A stretch of 64,000 nucleotides of DNA, from positions 28,372 to 92,371 of the forward strand of contig WBUR01000002.1 in NCBI GenBank assembly GCA_008933615.1. Direction: 5' to 3'. A program made the translations under genes and the position numbers. Within the stretch, counting starts at the first letter, position 1. Every line of letters begins with the position of its first letter. Source of the DNA: a bacterium (GTDB lineage Bacteria; CLD3; SB21). The notes below the pieces were generated by a model. The model was not told where the DNA came from. It was given only the letters and a program-made list of their open reading frames with translations, and searched no databases. Below are positions 10,279-23,254 of the stretch, piece by piece.

Positions 10279-10764
10279 TTATACCGTTAAGTCGTTCTCG
10301 GACTTTATATCCACGGCACTTTGCAAAACCCGTTCAAATACCGCTGCCGCAATTGCGATGACGATAGAGGCGAATGTGGCGATGATTCCCAACATAATGG
10401 CACCCGCGGCGTCATCCTTGTCACTACGAGCGGCTATCATGAGAAAGGCATCCGCCGCGACGATTGCGCCCGCAGTAACGAGTGCGCAGTATTTTATCAT
10501 CCGAAAAGCTTTTACTGTTCCTTGTGAGAATGTTTTATTTATTCCGACATATCCTAGCACTTTGAATGCTTGATAGAGCGCCACGAAAAATGGGATGGAC
10601 CCTATATACACATATGCTAGAAATGGATCATTGAAATATATCTCAAAGAGCGTGGCGTGTACGTTCCTACCTTCGAGCTGGGGTTCCCACAGCAAGGCAG
10701 CTAGAACACCGATGCCGATGAGCACAATGACAACCTGAAGAAATATCGTTGAATTTTTTTTCAT
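10279..10764 (-). CDS. DUF2975-like 4-TM membrane protein (partner of the short XRE regulator)
   Basis: Four hydrophobic helices. The gene pairing (membrane protein immediately upstream of a roughly 70-aa XRE regulator) is a known conserved arrangement. Confidence 0.55.
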   Translation of the reverse strand: MKKNSTIFLQVVIVLIGIGVLAALLWEPQLEGRNVHATLFEIYFNDPFLAYVYIGSIPFFVALYQAFKVLGYVGINKTFSQGTVKAFRMIKYCALVTAGAIVAADAFLMIAARSDKDDAAGAIMLGIIATFASIVIAIAAAVFERVLQSAVDIKSENDLTV

Positions 10765-10945
10765 AAGATACTCACCTCAAGGATTAATCGATTAGTGTTT
10801 ATTTGCGACACATATTGAATATAAGATATTATTTATCGTTTGTCAATATGTTTTTATTGTTATATGTATATAGGAGGTGCTAACGTTCGCTCACCGCGCC
10901 AGCGGAAGAGTTTGAGATAGAGATTTGAGTTTACACGCGAATTTC

Positions 10946-10990
10946 TCATAAAACACAAATCCTCACAGATCCAAGACCTGTGAGGATTTG
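10946..10990 (-). terminator. Rho-independent terminator downstream of the hsp20 pair
   Basis: Perfect 13-bp inverted repeat CAAATCCTCACAG / CTGTGAGGATTTG (10956-10968 / 10978-10990) with a 9-nt loop. On the minus-sense transcript it is followed by UGUUUUAU. Confidence 0.6.
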
Positions 10991-11013
10991 TTATTTCATT
11001 TTTCCAAGTCAGA

Positions 11014-11472
11014 TTAGAACTTGATATCAATCTGTTTCGCTTTAGCTTCTTCCGCTTTAGGCAGTACGATGGTCAAAACGCCGTCTTTGTAATTAGCATC
11101 GATCTTATCGGACTTGACGAGCGACGGCAGACGGAATGACCTGCTGAAAGACCCGTAACTTCTTTCCACGCGATGGAAATTCTCTTCTTTCGTCTCGCTT
11201 TCCTGTTTCTTTTCTCCCTGAACGGTGAGAACGTTTTCCTGCAGCGTGATCTTTACGCCGTCTTTGGTGACGCCGGGCAATTCAATATGAACGGTGTATT
11301 TGTCCTTGCCCTCCGTGATGTCGGCTGACGGATACCAGTTCTGTAAACCGTTAAATGTCTCATCGTCGCCGGTGAAGAAGTTCGATAACATCTTACTCAT
11401 TTCTTTTTGCACGTTGAAGAGGTCGGTCAATACGCCTCTTTCGTTGATCGGGTTATACCTGATGATTGACAT
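11014..11472 (-). CDS. Hsp20/alpha-crystallin family small heat-shock protein
   Basis: Alpha-crystallin domain (…KDKYTVHIELPGVTKDGVKITLQENVLTVQGEK…SFRLPSLVKSDKIDANYKDGVLTIVLPK). Confidence 0.85.
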   Translation of the reverse strand: MSIIRYNPINERGVLTDLFNVQKEMSKMLSNFFTGDDETFNGLQNWYPSADITEGKDKYTVHIELPGVTKDGVKITLQENVLTVQGEKKQESETKEENFHRVERSYGSFSRSFRLPSLVKSDKIDANYKDGVLTIVLPKAEEAKAKQIDIKF

Positions 11473-11499
11473 GGTTATCCCTCCTTTTGTTTGTTGGTT

Positions 11500-11892
11500 T
11501 TAGTTAAAGTTAATTTTAATTTCACGAGGTTTAGCCTCTTCCTTTTTAGTTAAATTCATCTGTAAAAATCCGTTCTTCCATGACGCATCTATGTTTTGAG
11601 TATCAACGGTTTTTCCCAGCGTGAATATTCTTCGATAATTTCTTTTGTAGATCTCCGATCGTATCAATTCGCCTTCTTCCTGAATATTCATTTTGCCTTC
11701 GATCAAAAGCTGACCGTTTTTCACTTGCACGCTCAAAGTGTCCTTATTCACACCCGGCATCTCTAAGAGCAGGTGATAATGATCTTTGCTCTCGCGTATG
11801 TCGCAACGCGGCTGAACGTAGTAATAGCCATTTTCGTGTTTTACAACATCACGCTGATCTGTTTTGACTTCGTTGAAAGTTTTTGTCTCCAT
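11500..11892 (-). CDS. Hsp20/alpha-crystallin family small heat-shock protein
   Basis: …DHYHLLLEMPGVNKDTLSVQVKNGQLLIEGK…FTLGKTVDTQNIDASWKNGFLQMNL. Tandem with the downstream hsp20. Confidence 0.85.
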   Translation of the reverse strand: METKTFNEVKTDQRDVVKHENGYYYVQPRCDIRESKDHYHLLLEMPGVNKDTLSVQVKNGQLLIEGKMNIQEEGELIRSEIYKRNYRRIFTLGKTVDTQNIDASWKNGFLQMNLTKKEEAKPREIKINFN

Positions 11893-12319
11893 TTTTTGTC
11901 TCCTGTTTGATTTAATGAGTTAATTTTGGTTTCGTTCTTGATTAATACAAAGCCAGTGCCAAAATTTACATACTGAAATTTATGGGTTTATGAAGCACCC
12001 CTTTAGAAAATAAGACAAAATGACATATTTTACAATTTAGAAATCATGAAATAATTGCAATTATATGACAATATGGCTGTTTTTTACTAACTGAGGCATA
12101 TAGAAGGTAAAGATTCGTATTAGTTAAGGATTTTTATGACACCAAGGCATAAAAACGCGAAGATTGATTGCAAAAGAAATTTTTCATCTTAAGTTAACTT
12201 TATGACTACGGGTCTTTGTGGCACTTATTCAATGGGAGCTCAGCGGTCGCTTAATTTCTGTTGATTTTACAGGTAATTTTAGCTAAACTTTTTTGCCTTT
12301 TTTTAACCCGGAAATTGCA

Positions 12320-13120
12320 ATGTTAGACGAATTTCAAATAAGAGAAGACATTGTTGAGTGCGGCCGTCGATTGTATCAAAAGGGGTTTGTCGCGGCGAAT
12401 GACGGCAATATCAGCGTGAAAATAAGCGACGATGAGATACTTGCCACTCCCACCGGACGATGTAAAGGGTTTTTGTATACAGATGAGTTGGTCAAACTAA
12501 ATCATAAAGGCGATGTTCTTGAAGGAAGCGCCAAGCCATCAACGGAAATTTTGATGCACCTCGCCATTTATGAGGAACGCCCCGACGTTAGATCTGTGGT
12601 TCACGCTCATCCGATATACGCGACCGGCTTTGCAACCGCGAATATTCCTTTGTCCGATTGTGTGTTGGCGGAAATAGTTACGACCTTAGGATCAATTCCG
12701 ATAGCTCCTTATGCGACGCCGTCGACGCCGGAATTGGCGGATTCCATAAGAAACGTCATACGTCATGCCGATGCATGCCTTTTGGCAAATCACGGCGTCG
12801 TGACGTGCGGACGAAACGTATTTGACGCTTATTACAAAATGGAACGGGTGGAGCATTACGCGCATATCATCTACGTTGCAAAAATGCTGGGCGGGGAGAG
12901 GGTTTTGAGTCCGGAAGAGGTACAAAAATTGTATCAAATAAGAGAAACATACGGAACGCAAACTCACGCAAATCCGGGTTGCCTGGCATGTACGGAAGAC
13001 TGCGTCGGCGGCGATTGTGTCTTATATGAAAAAAAAAATAAAAGTCACGATAGCAGGAATGCGACCGATGAAACGCGTATATCTGCCCTTATCAGGGACA
13101 TCATTCAAACTTTAAAATAG
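12320..13120 (+). CDS. Class II aldolase/adducin-family protein with a C-terminal Cys-rich extension
   Basis: MLDEFQIREDIVECGRRLYQKGFVAANDGNISVK… is a typical aldolase-II N-terminus. Conserved His-containing catalytic motifs are present (…VVHAHPIYATGFA…). It carries an extra C-terminal tail of about 60 aa with CLACTEDCVGGDC. The ORF track start at 12293 is probably too early. Confidence 0.7.
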   Translation: MLDEFQIREDIVECGRRLYQKGFVAANDGNISVKISDDEILATPTGRCKGFLYTDELVKLNHKGDVLEGSAKPSTEILMHLAIYEERPDVRSVVHAHPIYATGFATANIPLSDCVLAEIVTTLGSIPIAPYATPSTPELADSIRNVIRHADACLLANHGVVTCGRNVFDAYYKMERVEHYAHIIYVAKMLGGERVLSPEEVQKLYQIRETYGTQTHANPGCLACTEDCVGGDCVLYEKKNKSHDSRNATDETRISALIRDIIQTLK

Positions 13121-13124
13121 TAAA

Positions 13125-13946
13125 ATGGTTGACAAGGCTTATCATTCAAAAATTCGTTCTTTCTTGTTTATTTCCTTTGGATTGGTTCTGACGTTTATAC
13201 TCGTTTTAACAGCAATACCAATTTCGCTTTTTGCGCCGATGGGAAAGACAATGGCTGCGATAGAAAAATTTTGGTCGGGTGTCCTCGTACGCTTTTCTAT
13301 GATGCGAGTTGTGGCTAAGGGGATGGAGCATATCAAAAGCGATAAAACGTATATATTTATTTGCAACCATCAAAGCGCGTTGGACATCCCGTTAATGATG
13401 TTTTACGCGCCGAAACAACTGCGGATGATATTTAAGAAAGAACTCCTATATATACCATTCTTTGGACTTGTGCTGTGGTTGCTCAAGTTCATTCCGATTG
13501 ACCGTGGAAATAGGGAAAAAGCTATAACGAGTTTAAAAAAAGCTGCCAAACGCATCCACGATGGAATCAATATTGTTATTTACGCCGATGGCACCAGAAG
13601 CGTGAATGGAGAATTGAAGCCGTTTAAAAAAGGAGCTTTTCTATTGGCCATCGACGCGCAGGTGGACATTATTCCGGTAACGATCAGTGGAACCATAAAC
13701 GTAATGCATAAATTCGGCGGAATTTTGGACGTCAAATTCGGCCAGGAAGTTCATATCATTTTTGATCCTCCCATTTCCACATCGTCTTTTGTGTTGGAAC
13801 AGAAAGACGAATTAAAGACATTAGTTAATTCACAGATTGCCGGTAACTACGAAGTGATAAAACATCTGTCCAAGATCACCGACACGAACTTATTAGATAA
13901 AGTTACCCGATTTGAACAAAAGCAGCATTCGGTTACCGCTGCATAA
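13125..13946 (+). CDS. plsC: 1-acyl-sn-glycerol-3-phosphate acyltransferase
   Basis: Acyltransferase motif I FICNHQSALD. Motifs FKKGAF and IPVTISGT are also present. Confidence 0.8.
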   Translation: MVDKAYHSKIRSFLFISFGLVLTFILVLTAIPISLFAPMGKTMAAIEKFWSGVLVRFSMMRVVAKGMEHIKSDKTYIFICNHQSALDIPLMMFYAPKQLRMIFKKELLYIPFFGLVLWLLKFIPIDRGNREKAITSLKKAAKRIHDGINIVIYADGTRSVNGELKPFKKGAFLLAIDAQVDIIPVTISGTINVMHKFGGILDVKFGQEVHIIFDPPISTSSFVLEQKDELKTLVNSQIAGNYEVIKHLSKITDTNLLDKVTRFEQKQHSVTAA

Positions 13947-13968
13947 CATTCATATAAAGGAAATACCG

Positions 13969-14694
13969 ATGAAAGGAATTATTTTAGCCGGAGGGCTCGG
14001 CTCACGCTTACAACCTCTGACTCTGATCACCAACAAACATTTGCTTCCCGTATATAATAAGCCGATGATCTACTATCCGATTGAAAAATTAGTTGAAGCG
14101 GGAATTGACGACATCGTTTTGGTAACCGGTGGAAGTTATGCAGGCGATTTTCTGCGGTTGCTTGGAAATGGAAAAGAATTTAACTTATCTCACATCAACT
14201 ATGTGTATCAAAAGGGTGAAGGCGGAATTGCAGAAGCGCTGGGTTTGTGCGAGCATTACGCGAAAAATGACTCCATCGCCGTAATATTAGGCGATAATAT
14301 TTTTGAGGATAGTATCAAAAATGCAGTCGCTGATTATGAAAAAACGAACAAAGGCGGCAAGATATTCCTGAAAGAAGTGCACGATCCGCAGCGTTTCGGT
14401 GTGGCGGAAGTTAAGGGTGAAAAAGTTATCGGCATTGAAGAAAAGCCAAAGATCCCGAAATCCAACTATGCGGTGACCGGAATCTACATGTATGATGCGG
14501 AAGTTTTCGATGTGATTAAAACGTTGAAACCATCCGGACGAGGCGAGCTGGAAATTACCGATGTGAACAATCACTACATCCGAAAAAACGCAATGAAGTA
14601 CGAATTCATGAACGGATGGTGGACAGATGCCGGAACGTTTGAGTCGCTGTTCCATGCAAGCGGGCTGGTTGCAAAGTCTTTGAATGAGAAATAA
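13969..14694 (+). CDS. Sugar-phosphate nucleotidyltransferase (glucose-1-phosphate thymidylyltransferase-like, short form)
   Basis: N-terminus MKGIILAGGLGSRLQPLTLITNKHLLPVYNKPMIYYPIE is the G-rich nucleotidyltransferase signature. The start is chosen at the ATG after AAGGAAAT; the ORF track start at 13912 overlaps plsC. Confidence 0.75.
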   Translation: MKGIILAGGLGSRLQPLTLITNKHLLPVYNKPMIYYPIEKLVEAGIDDIVLVTGGSYAGDFLRLLGNGKEFNLSHINYVYQKGEGGIAEALGLCEHYAKNDSIAVILGDNIFEDSIKNAVADYEKTNKGGKIFLKEVHDPQRFGVAEVKGEKVIGIEEKPKIPKSNYAVTGIYMYDAEVFDVIKTLKPSGRGELEITDVNNHYIRKNAMKYEFMNGWWTDAGTFESLFHASGLVAKSLNEK

Positions 14695-14803
14695 AGTTGT
14701 CTCCTTTAATAGGTCGCTATTAACCGGCCCATTGGGGTTTTTATTTTAAATTGTAATCAAAAAGAATTTTTTGTAATATAACAAAGTCAATTAAAGCTAA
14801 TTA

Positions 14804-15955
14804 ATGAAGAAACTTGGGATTTTCGGTTCAACAGGTTCGATTGGAAAGAACGCGCTTCAGGTTGTGCGGAATAACCCGGATCGTTTTAAGGTTGTATGTT
14901 TAACGGCGAACAACAATGTTGACCTTTTAGTTCAGCAGGCATTGCAATTCATTCCGGAAACTGTCTGTATTTCAGATCAATCTGGTTTTAAAATTGTTAG
15001 AGAAAGACTGCGGCCGACCGGTATTCAAGTTCTTTGTGGTGCGGAAGCGTTGTCTGATCTTGCGCGCGAGGCTAATTTTAATATGATGGTAGGGGCCATT
15101 GTCGGATTTGCCGGGCTCCTGCCGACGATTGAAGCGATAAAGGCCGGTAAAGATATTGCGCTTGCGAATAAGGAAACTTTGGTGGTCGCCGGAGAGATCG
15201 TAAACCGATTACTGGAAGAGCATTGCGTTAGACTCATACCGATTGACAGCGAACACAGCGCGCTGTTCCAGTGCCTCGTCGGCGAGGATAGAACTAGCAT
15301 TCGAAAGATAATTCTAACGGCATCGGGCGGGCCTTTTTTGCATAAGCCCAAAGAAGAATTCGGTAACATCACCGTGTCGGAAGCGCTGAAACATCCAAAT
15401 TGGAAAATGGGTTCAAAAATCACAATCGACTCGGCAACGCTTATGAATAAAGGGCTTGAGGTTATTGAAGCGCACTGGCTTTTCGGGCTCTCACCGGACA
15501 AAATAGACGTTGCAATTCATCCTCAGTCCATCATTCATTCAATGGTGGAATTTGTAGACGGATCTACAAAAGCGCAAATGGGCGCTCCCGATATGAAAGT
15601 TCCGATTCAATACGCATTATCATATCCCGAACGGATTAAGAACGGTTTTAACGCATTTAATTTCCGTAAAACAAATCGGCTGGATTTTTTTAAACCGGAT
15701 CGCACCAAGTTCAAGTGCCTGCCCTTAGCTTACGATGCCTTGAAAGAACTTGGGACCATGCCGGCAGTTTTGAATGCGGCAAATGAAGTAGTCGTAGAAA
15801 GTTTCCTTAAAGAAAAAATTAAGTTTGTTGATATTCCAAAATATATCAAAAAGGCGATGCAGGCGCATGACGTTATTCATGATCCTGGCCTGGGATGTAT
15901 TTTGGAGGCTGATCAATGGGCAAGAAGCTATGTAAAAAAATCATTAGGTTTATAA
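14804..15955 (+). CDS. dxr: 1-deoxy-D-xylulose 5-phosphate reductoisomerase
   Basis: MKKLGIFGSTGSIGKNALQVV… gives the NADPH-binding N-terminus. Motifs …LANKETLVVAGE…IPIDSEHSALFQCL… are Dxr hallmarks. Confidence 0.9.
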   Translation: MKKLGIFGSTGSIGKNALQVVRNNPDRFKVVCLTANNNVDLLVQQALQFIPETVCISDQSGFKIVRERLRPTGIQVLCGAEALSDLAREANFNMMVGAIVGFAGLLPTIEAIKAGKDIALANKETLVVAGEIVNRLLEEHCVRLIPIDSEHSALFQCLVGEDRTSIRKIILTASGGPFLHKPKEEFGNITVSEALKHPNWKMGSKITIDSATLMNKGLEVIEAHWLFGLSPDKIDVAIHPQSIIHSMVEFVDGSTKAQMGAPDMKVPIQYALSYPERIKNGFNAFNFRKTNRLDFFKPDRTKFKCLPLAYDALKELGTMPAVLNAANEVVVESFLKEKIKFVDIPKYIKKAMQAHDVIHDPGLGCILEADQWARSYVKKSLGL

Positions 15956-15980
15956 TTAAGCAAATTGATGAAAGGTACGT

Positions 15981-17471
15981 ATGGGTTCTGCGTTATTTGA
16001 TTTTATTATTCCATTTATTGTGGTCTTAGGCGTATTGGTTTTTATTCACGAATTGGGCCACCATCTGGCGGCGAAGCTTTTCGGGATGAAGGTAGACGCT
16101 TTTTCTTTAGGATTTCCTCCGCGCGCATGGGGGTTTCGATGGAGCACGAAAAGACTGCGTCCGAAATTCATGCGTGACTTAACTGCCGCGATCCAGGACA
16201 ATGTAACCTTCAGGCAGCTTCACGAACGCCTGGTCTGCAAAAAAAGCTCCACAGCTGAAGATGAGTCGATCCGAATATTAACTGAATTGTTTAATGTTCA
16301 AGTCGAAGAATCGAAGATCCAAGTGTTAAACAAAAAAGGAAAATCCGAAGAACGTATTGAAAGTAAAACAAACGTCGTAATTGCGGATGGCGGGATATCG
16401 AAAAAGTTTTTACAGGATGAATTAGATACGATGTATAAGACTTTCACATCTGATGCCGATCTTGTGGATAGTTTTCACCGGTATAGTGAAATTCAGGATG
16501 ATAAGATTTTTAAAGATAAATACCAGACGGACTATTGCGTTTCCTGGATTCCTTTGGGTGGTTATTGCAAGATCAACGGCATGATCGATGAAAGTTTCGA
16601 CGTCGATAGCATGAAGGAAGGTGTCGCTAAGCCCTGGGAATACCGCGCTAAACCTATATGGCAGAGGATCATTGCCATCACCGGCGGCGTTGTATTTAAT
16701 TTTCTCCTGGCGGTTATCATATTTGCCGTGATCGCCTTAAGCCACGGTTTGCCGGATATGGACAAATACGATGCATATAAAATGGGAACTACGATTCAAA
16801 CGGTAGGTCCGGGAAGTCCTGCTGAAAAAGCCGGTTTGCTGGCCGGCGATAAAATTACCGCCATCAACGATACGCCTGTGGATGAGTGGAGAAGTTTAGT
16901 TGAGATCATTCACAACCGGCCGGAAGAGAAAATTCGCGTGACTTATCAAAGAGGCGAATCTGTTTTAAGCGCTGAGATCATACCGAATAGAGTAAAAACG
17001 CAAACCGCCGAAGGAATAAAAGAAATCGGACAGATCGGGATCGGCCCCTCGCCGTTACCTGAATTTACTCGCGAAGCATCTTTTGCTGAATCGATGCAAT
17101 TTGGTTTTATGAATACCTACCGCGTTTCGGCGCTAATTCTCGTCAATCTCAAACAGATCATTCTTGGCGAACAATCATTTAAAGACAGCATGGGTGGTCC
17201 GATTGCCATTGTGAAGATGACCGGGGAAGTAAAACAACAACAAGGTTGGGCTGGCATTTGGGGTTTTATGGCGCTGCTCAGCATTAGTTTGGCTGTATTC
17301 AATCTTTTTCCAATCCCGGCCCTGGACGGCGGGCACTTGATGTTCTTAATTATTGAAGGGGTCATTCGACGTCCTTTGTCGATCAAATTTAAGTTATATG
17401 CACAGCAGGCCGGTATGGCGATTTTGCTGACTTTTATTGCGTATGTTACGTTCAATGATATCATGAAATGA
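15981..17471 (+). CDS. rseP: RseP-family site-2 zinc metalloprotease with a PDZ domain and an unusual insertion of about 130 aa after TM1
   Basis: HELGHH zinc motif in TM1. Also …IPLGGYCKINGM…, a PDZ domain (…GSPAEKAGLLAGDKITAINDTPV…) and the C-terminal LDGGHLMFL motif. See the separate finding on the insertion. Confidence 0.85.
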   Translation: MGSALFDFIIPFIVVLGVLVFIHELGHHLAAKLFGMKVDAFSLGFPPRAWGFRWSTKRLRPKFMRDLTAAIQDNVTFRQLHERLVCKKSSTAEDESIRILTELFNVQVEESKIQVLNKKGKSEERIESKTNVVIADGGISKKFLQDELDTMYKTFTSDADLVDSFHRYSEIQDDKIFKDKYQTDYCVSWIPLGGYCKINGMIDESFDVDSMKEGVAKPWEYRAKPIWQRIIAITGGVVFNFLLAVIIFAVIALSHGLPDMDKYDAYKMGTTIQTVGPGSPAEKAGLLAGDKITAINDTPVDEWRSLVEIIHNRPEEKIRVTYQRGESVLSAEIIPNRVKTQTAEGIKEIGQIGIGPSPLPEFTREASFAESMQFGFMNTYRVSALILVNLKQIILGEQSFKDSMGGPIAIVKMTGEVKQQQGWAGIWGFMALLSISLAVFNLFPIPALDGGHLMFLIIEGVIRRPLSIKFKLYAQQAGMAILLTFIAYVTFNDIMK

Positions 17472-17483
17472 TCGGTTTTAAGA

Positions 17484-18194
17484 TTGCAGAATTTTCACGG
17501 AGATTTTGACTCGGTATTGTTCGATTGTGACAGTACGCTGACAAAAATTGAAGGGATAGACGAACTAGCCGCGCTCAAAAATGTTAAGGACGAGGTGAGC
17601 CGCATAACGAATGACGCGATGGAAGGACGGCTGAGTTTTCAAAGCGCATTAGAAATGCGTTTATCAATTATCAGACCTTCCCACGCAGAATTGCTCGCGG
17701 TAGGGCAAAAATATATTGATGAGGTTGTAGATGGGGCTGTAGAGCTGATAGACGTGCTGCGCCAATCCGGAAAAGACGTTTATATACTCAGCGGCGGTTT
17801 CCAGGATTCAGTCAGATTGTTTGCAGAATTTCTGGGTGTTGAATTAAAACATGTTTTTGCCAATGAAATTCTTTTCGAAGCGGATGGAAATTACTCCGGC
17901 TTTAACGGTGAGTCGGCGTTGGCAAGGTCTCATGGAAAAGCTGAGATTGTTAGAACGATCAAAGGATCAAAAGTGATGATAGGAGACGGAGCCAGTGATC
18001 TGGAAACCCGGAACGATGTTGACCTTTTCATCGGATATTGCGGAGTTCAGAAACGAAAAATTATCGAGGAGAATGCAGATATTGTAGTTTACGATTCAAA
18101 CCTAATGTCAGTTGCTCCTTTGATTATGAATAGCAACTTCATGTTGACAGAGTCGGATCAAATTAGATTTAATAGTATAGATTTGCGTAGATAA
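17484..18194 (+). CDS. HAD-superfamily phosphoserine phosphatase-like (SerB family)
   Basis: Motif I FDCDSTLTKIEGIDELA. Downstream motifs SGGF and GDGASD are typical of HAD-IB SerB. Confidence 0.7.
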   Translation: MQNFHGDFDSVLFDCDSTLTKIEGIDELAALKNVKDEVSRITNDAMEGRLSFQSALEMRLSIIRPSHAELLAVGQKYIDEVVDGAVELIDVLRQSGKDVYILSGGFQDSVRLFAEFLGVELKHVFANEILFEADGNYSGFNGESALARSHGKAEIVRTIKGSKVMIGDGASDLETRNDVDLFIGYCGVQKRKIIEENADIVVYDSNLMSVAPLIMNSNFMLTESDQIRFNSIDLRR

Positions 18195-18215
18195 CCGATA
18201 CATTCATTAAATGAG

Positions 18216-21700
<3,485 letters not shown>

Positions 21701-21718
21701 AAAGCAAAGTTCAAAATA

Positions 21719-22633
21719 ATGCTCTTTCCTCTACTCGAAGCGCTTTTGCAGAAGAATACAGAATTATGCAAACTGCGAATTCAAGAACATATTCTATCCG
21801 ATGGAGATAGGATGTCAATTTACAAAAGCCTGTTTACCTACGCATCTCAACACGCCCCGTCAGACCATTCCAATATAAATGCGGTGATATTTTCTGATTG
21901 TTTGGTGAATCTGATTCAAGCCCATGGCGATAGGGGTGCGGGAAGTTGGCAGCAGGAGTTGATAGGATACGGTATCGATTATTTTTGTACGATTCCGATT
22001 GAGCCGATGGATACCACGCCGCTGAAGCCTTCGCGGAACGAAGCAAAAGTCGCTTCGATAGCAGATCTTGAGGAAAGTTTTGATCAGGACGATGTAAACA
22101 TGGTTATTGCATCCGTTCGCGATTTACTGACCCTGATGGACAACAAACGTTATTTCATGGAAATCATGTTTCGTATTGCGTTGAAAAAGCCCCCTCGATG
22201 CCTTGTCCTTGCAAGCGCGATTTCTCGTGCCATAGGAATAATGGGTTGGCAGAATAATTTCACTCCTTTTCTGCTTTATCATTTAATCGTACGGCTGCAT
22301 AATGAAAAAACAACATTTTCATTTTCAGAAAGAAATACGGAGAACACCAATATTTTTGAACAAAGTCTCGGCAACGTCAAATCAAACGATGACCTGCTTT
22401 TCCTGGCTGCTTCTTACCGAACGTACCATGACAGTAAGATACTTGCAACACAGATCCTTCCAATGATTCGTACGCGGCTCATCGATTATTTTGAGCGCAA
22501 GAGAAGCTCGGATCAATTGATCGAAAACAGTCAGTCAGCGATGGACCGTATCGTTCGCCCTTCCTGTCTCCTGGATTTGTCGTCTGTACAAGGAATTGAG
22601 GCGTTGCAGTCAAAAAATCCTTTTGCAGTTTAA
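21719..22633 (+). CDS. Hypothetical protein
   Basis: Long ORF with coding-like composition. No recognisable motifs. Confidence 0.4.
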   Translation: MLFPLLEALLQKNTELCKLRIQEHILSDGDRMSIYKSLFTYASQHAPSDHSNINAVIFSDCLVNLIQAHGDRGAGSWQQELIGYGIDYFCTIPIEPMDTTPLKPSRNEAKVASIADLEESFDQDDVNMVIASVRDLLTLMDNKRYFMEIMFRIALKKPPRCLVLASAISRAIGIMGWQNNFTPFLLYHLIVRLHNEKTTFSFSERNTENTNIFEQSLGNVKSNDDLLFLAASYRTYHDSKILATQILPMIRTRLIDYFERKRSSDQLIENSQSAMDRIVRPSCLLDLSSVQGIEALQSKNPFAV

Positions 22634-22677
22634 GTTAACTTTTCTATATTTTGACGAATTATAAAAAAACTTTTATC

Positions 22678-23229
22678 ATGCCCTCTCTAAAAATCACAAC
22701 ATACGGCAATCCGATACTTCGCAGGAAAGTAAAACCAATCACGAAAATTGATTCCGGTTTGAAAAAACTTGCAAAGGACATGTTGGAAGTCATGCACAAA
22801 GCCGACGGTATAGGATTAGCCGCGCCTCAGATAGGCAAGTCCATCTCAATTTTTGTTGCGGATATTTCTCCGATTCAAGAAGAAATGGCGCCGATGATTT
22901 TTTTGAATATTGAGATACTGGAATCGTTCGGGTCATCGCCTTATAATGAAGGCTGCTTGAGTATTCCCGGTGTGGTAGCCGAAGTCATTCGTCCGGAAAA
23001 AATTAGAATTCGTTATATGGACTTATCGGGCCGACATCATGAAGGCATGGCAGAAGGCGTGTTAGCCCGCGTGATTCAACATGAAACCGATCATTTGAAC
23101 GGAAAACTATTTATTGATTATCTGTCCGAGGAAACTCTGGAGCCTTTTCAAGCCATTCTCAAAGACCTTGAACAAAAAAATAAAAAACTCGTGGCGAAAA
23201 AAAAAACCGCTAAAACTTTTACCCACTAA
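22678..23229 (+). CDS. def: Peptide deformylase
   Basis: Three PDF motifs are present: GIGLAAPQIG, EGCLSIPG and QHETDHLNG. Start chosen at MPSLKI…; the ORF track gives 22651. Confidence 0.9.
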   Translation: MPSLKITTYGNPILRRKVKPITKIDSGLKKLAKDMLEVMHKADGIGLAAPQIGKSISIFVADISPIQEEMAPMIFLNIEILESFGSSPYNEGCLSIPGVVAEVIRPEKIRIRYMDLSGRHHEGMAEGVLARVIQHETDHLNGKLFIDYLSEETLEPFQAILKDLEQKNKKLVAKKKTAKTFTH

Positions 23230-23254
23230 AAATAGATTCGGCTCCGTTATATCC

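Noticed and set aside
14695-14803. Weak hairpin GGCCCATTGGGG-TTTTT after the nucleotidyltransferase gene
   Set aside because: Stem of only 4 bp with a 2-nt loop. Too weak to call a terminator.
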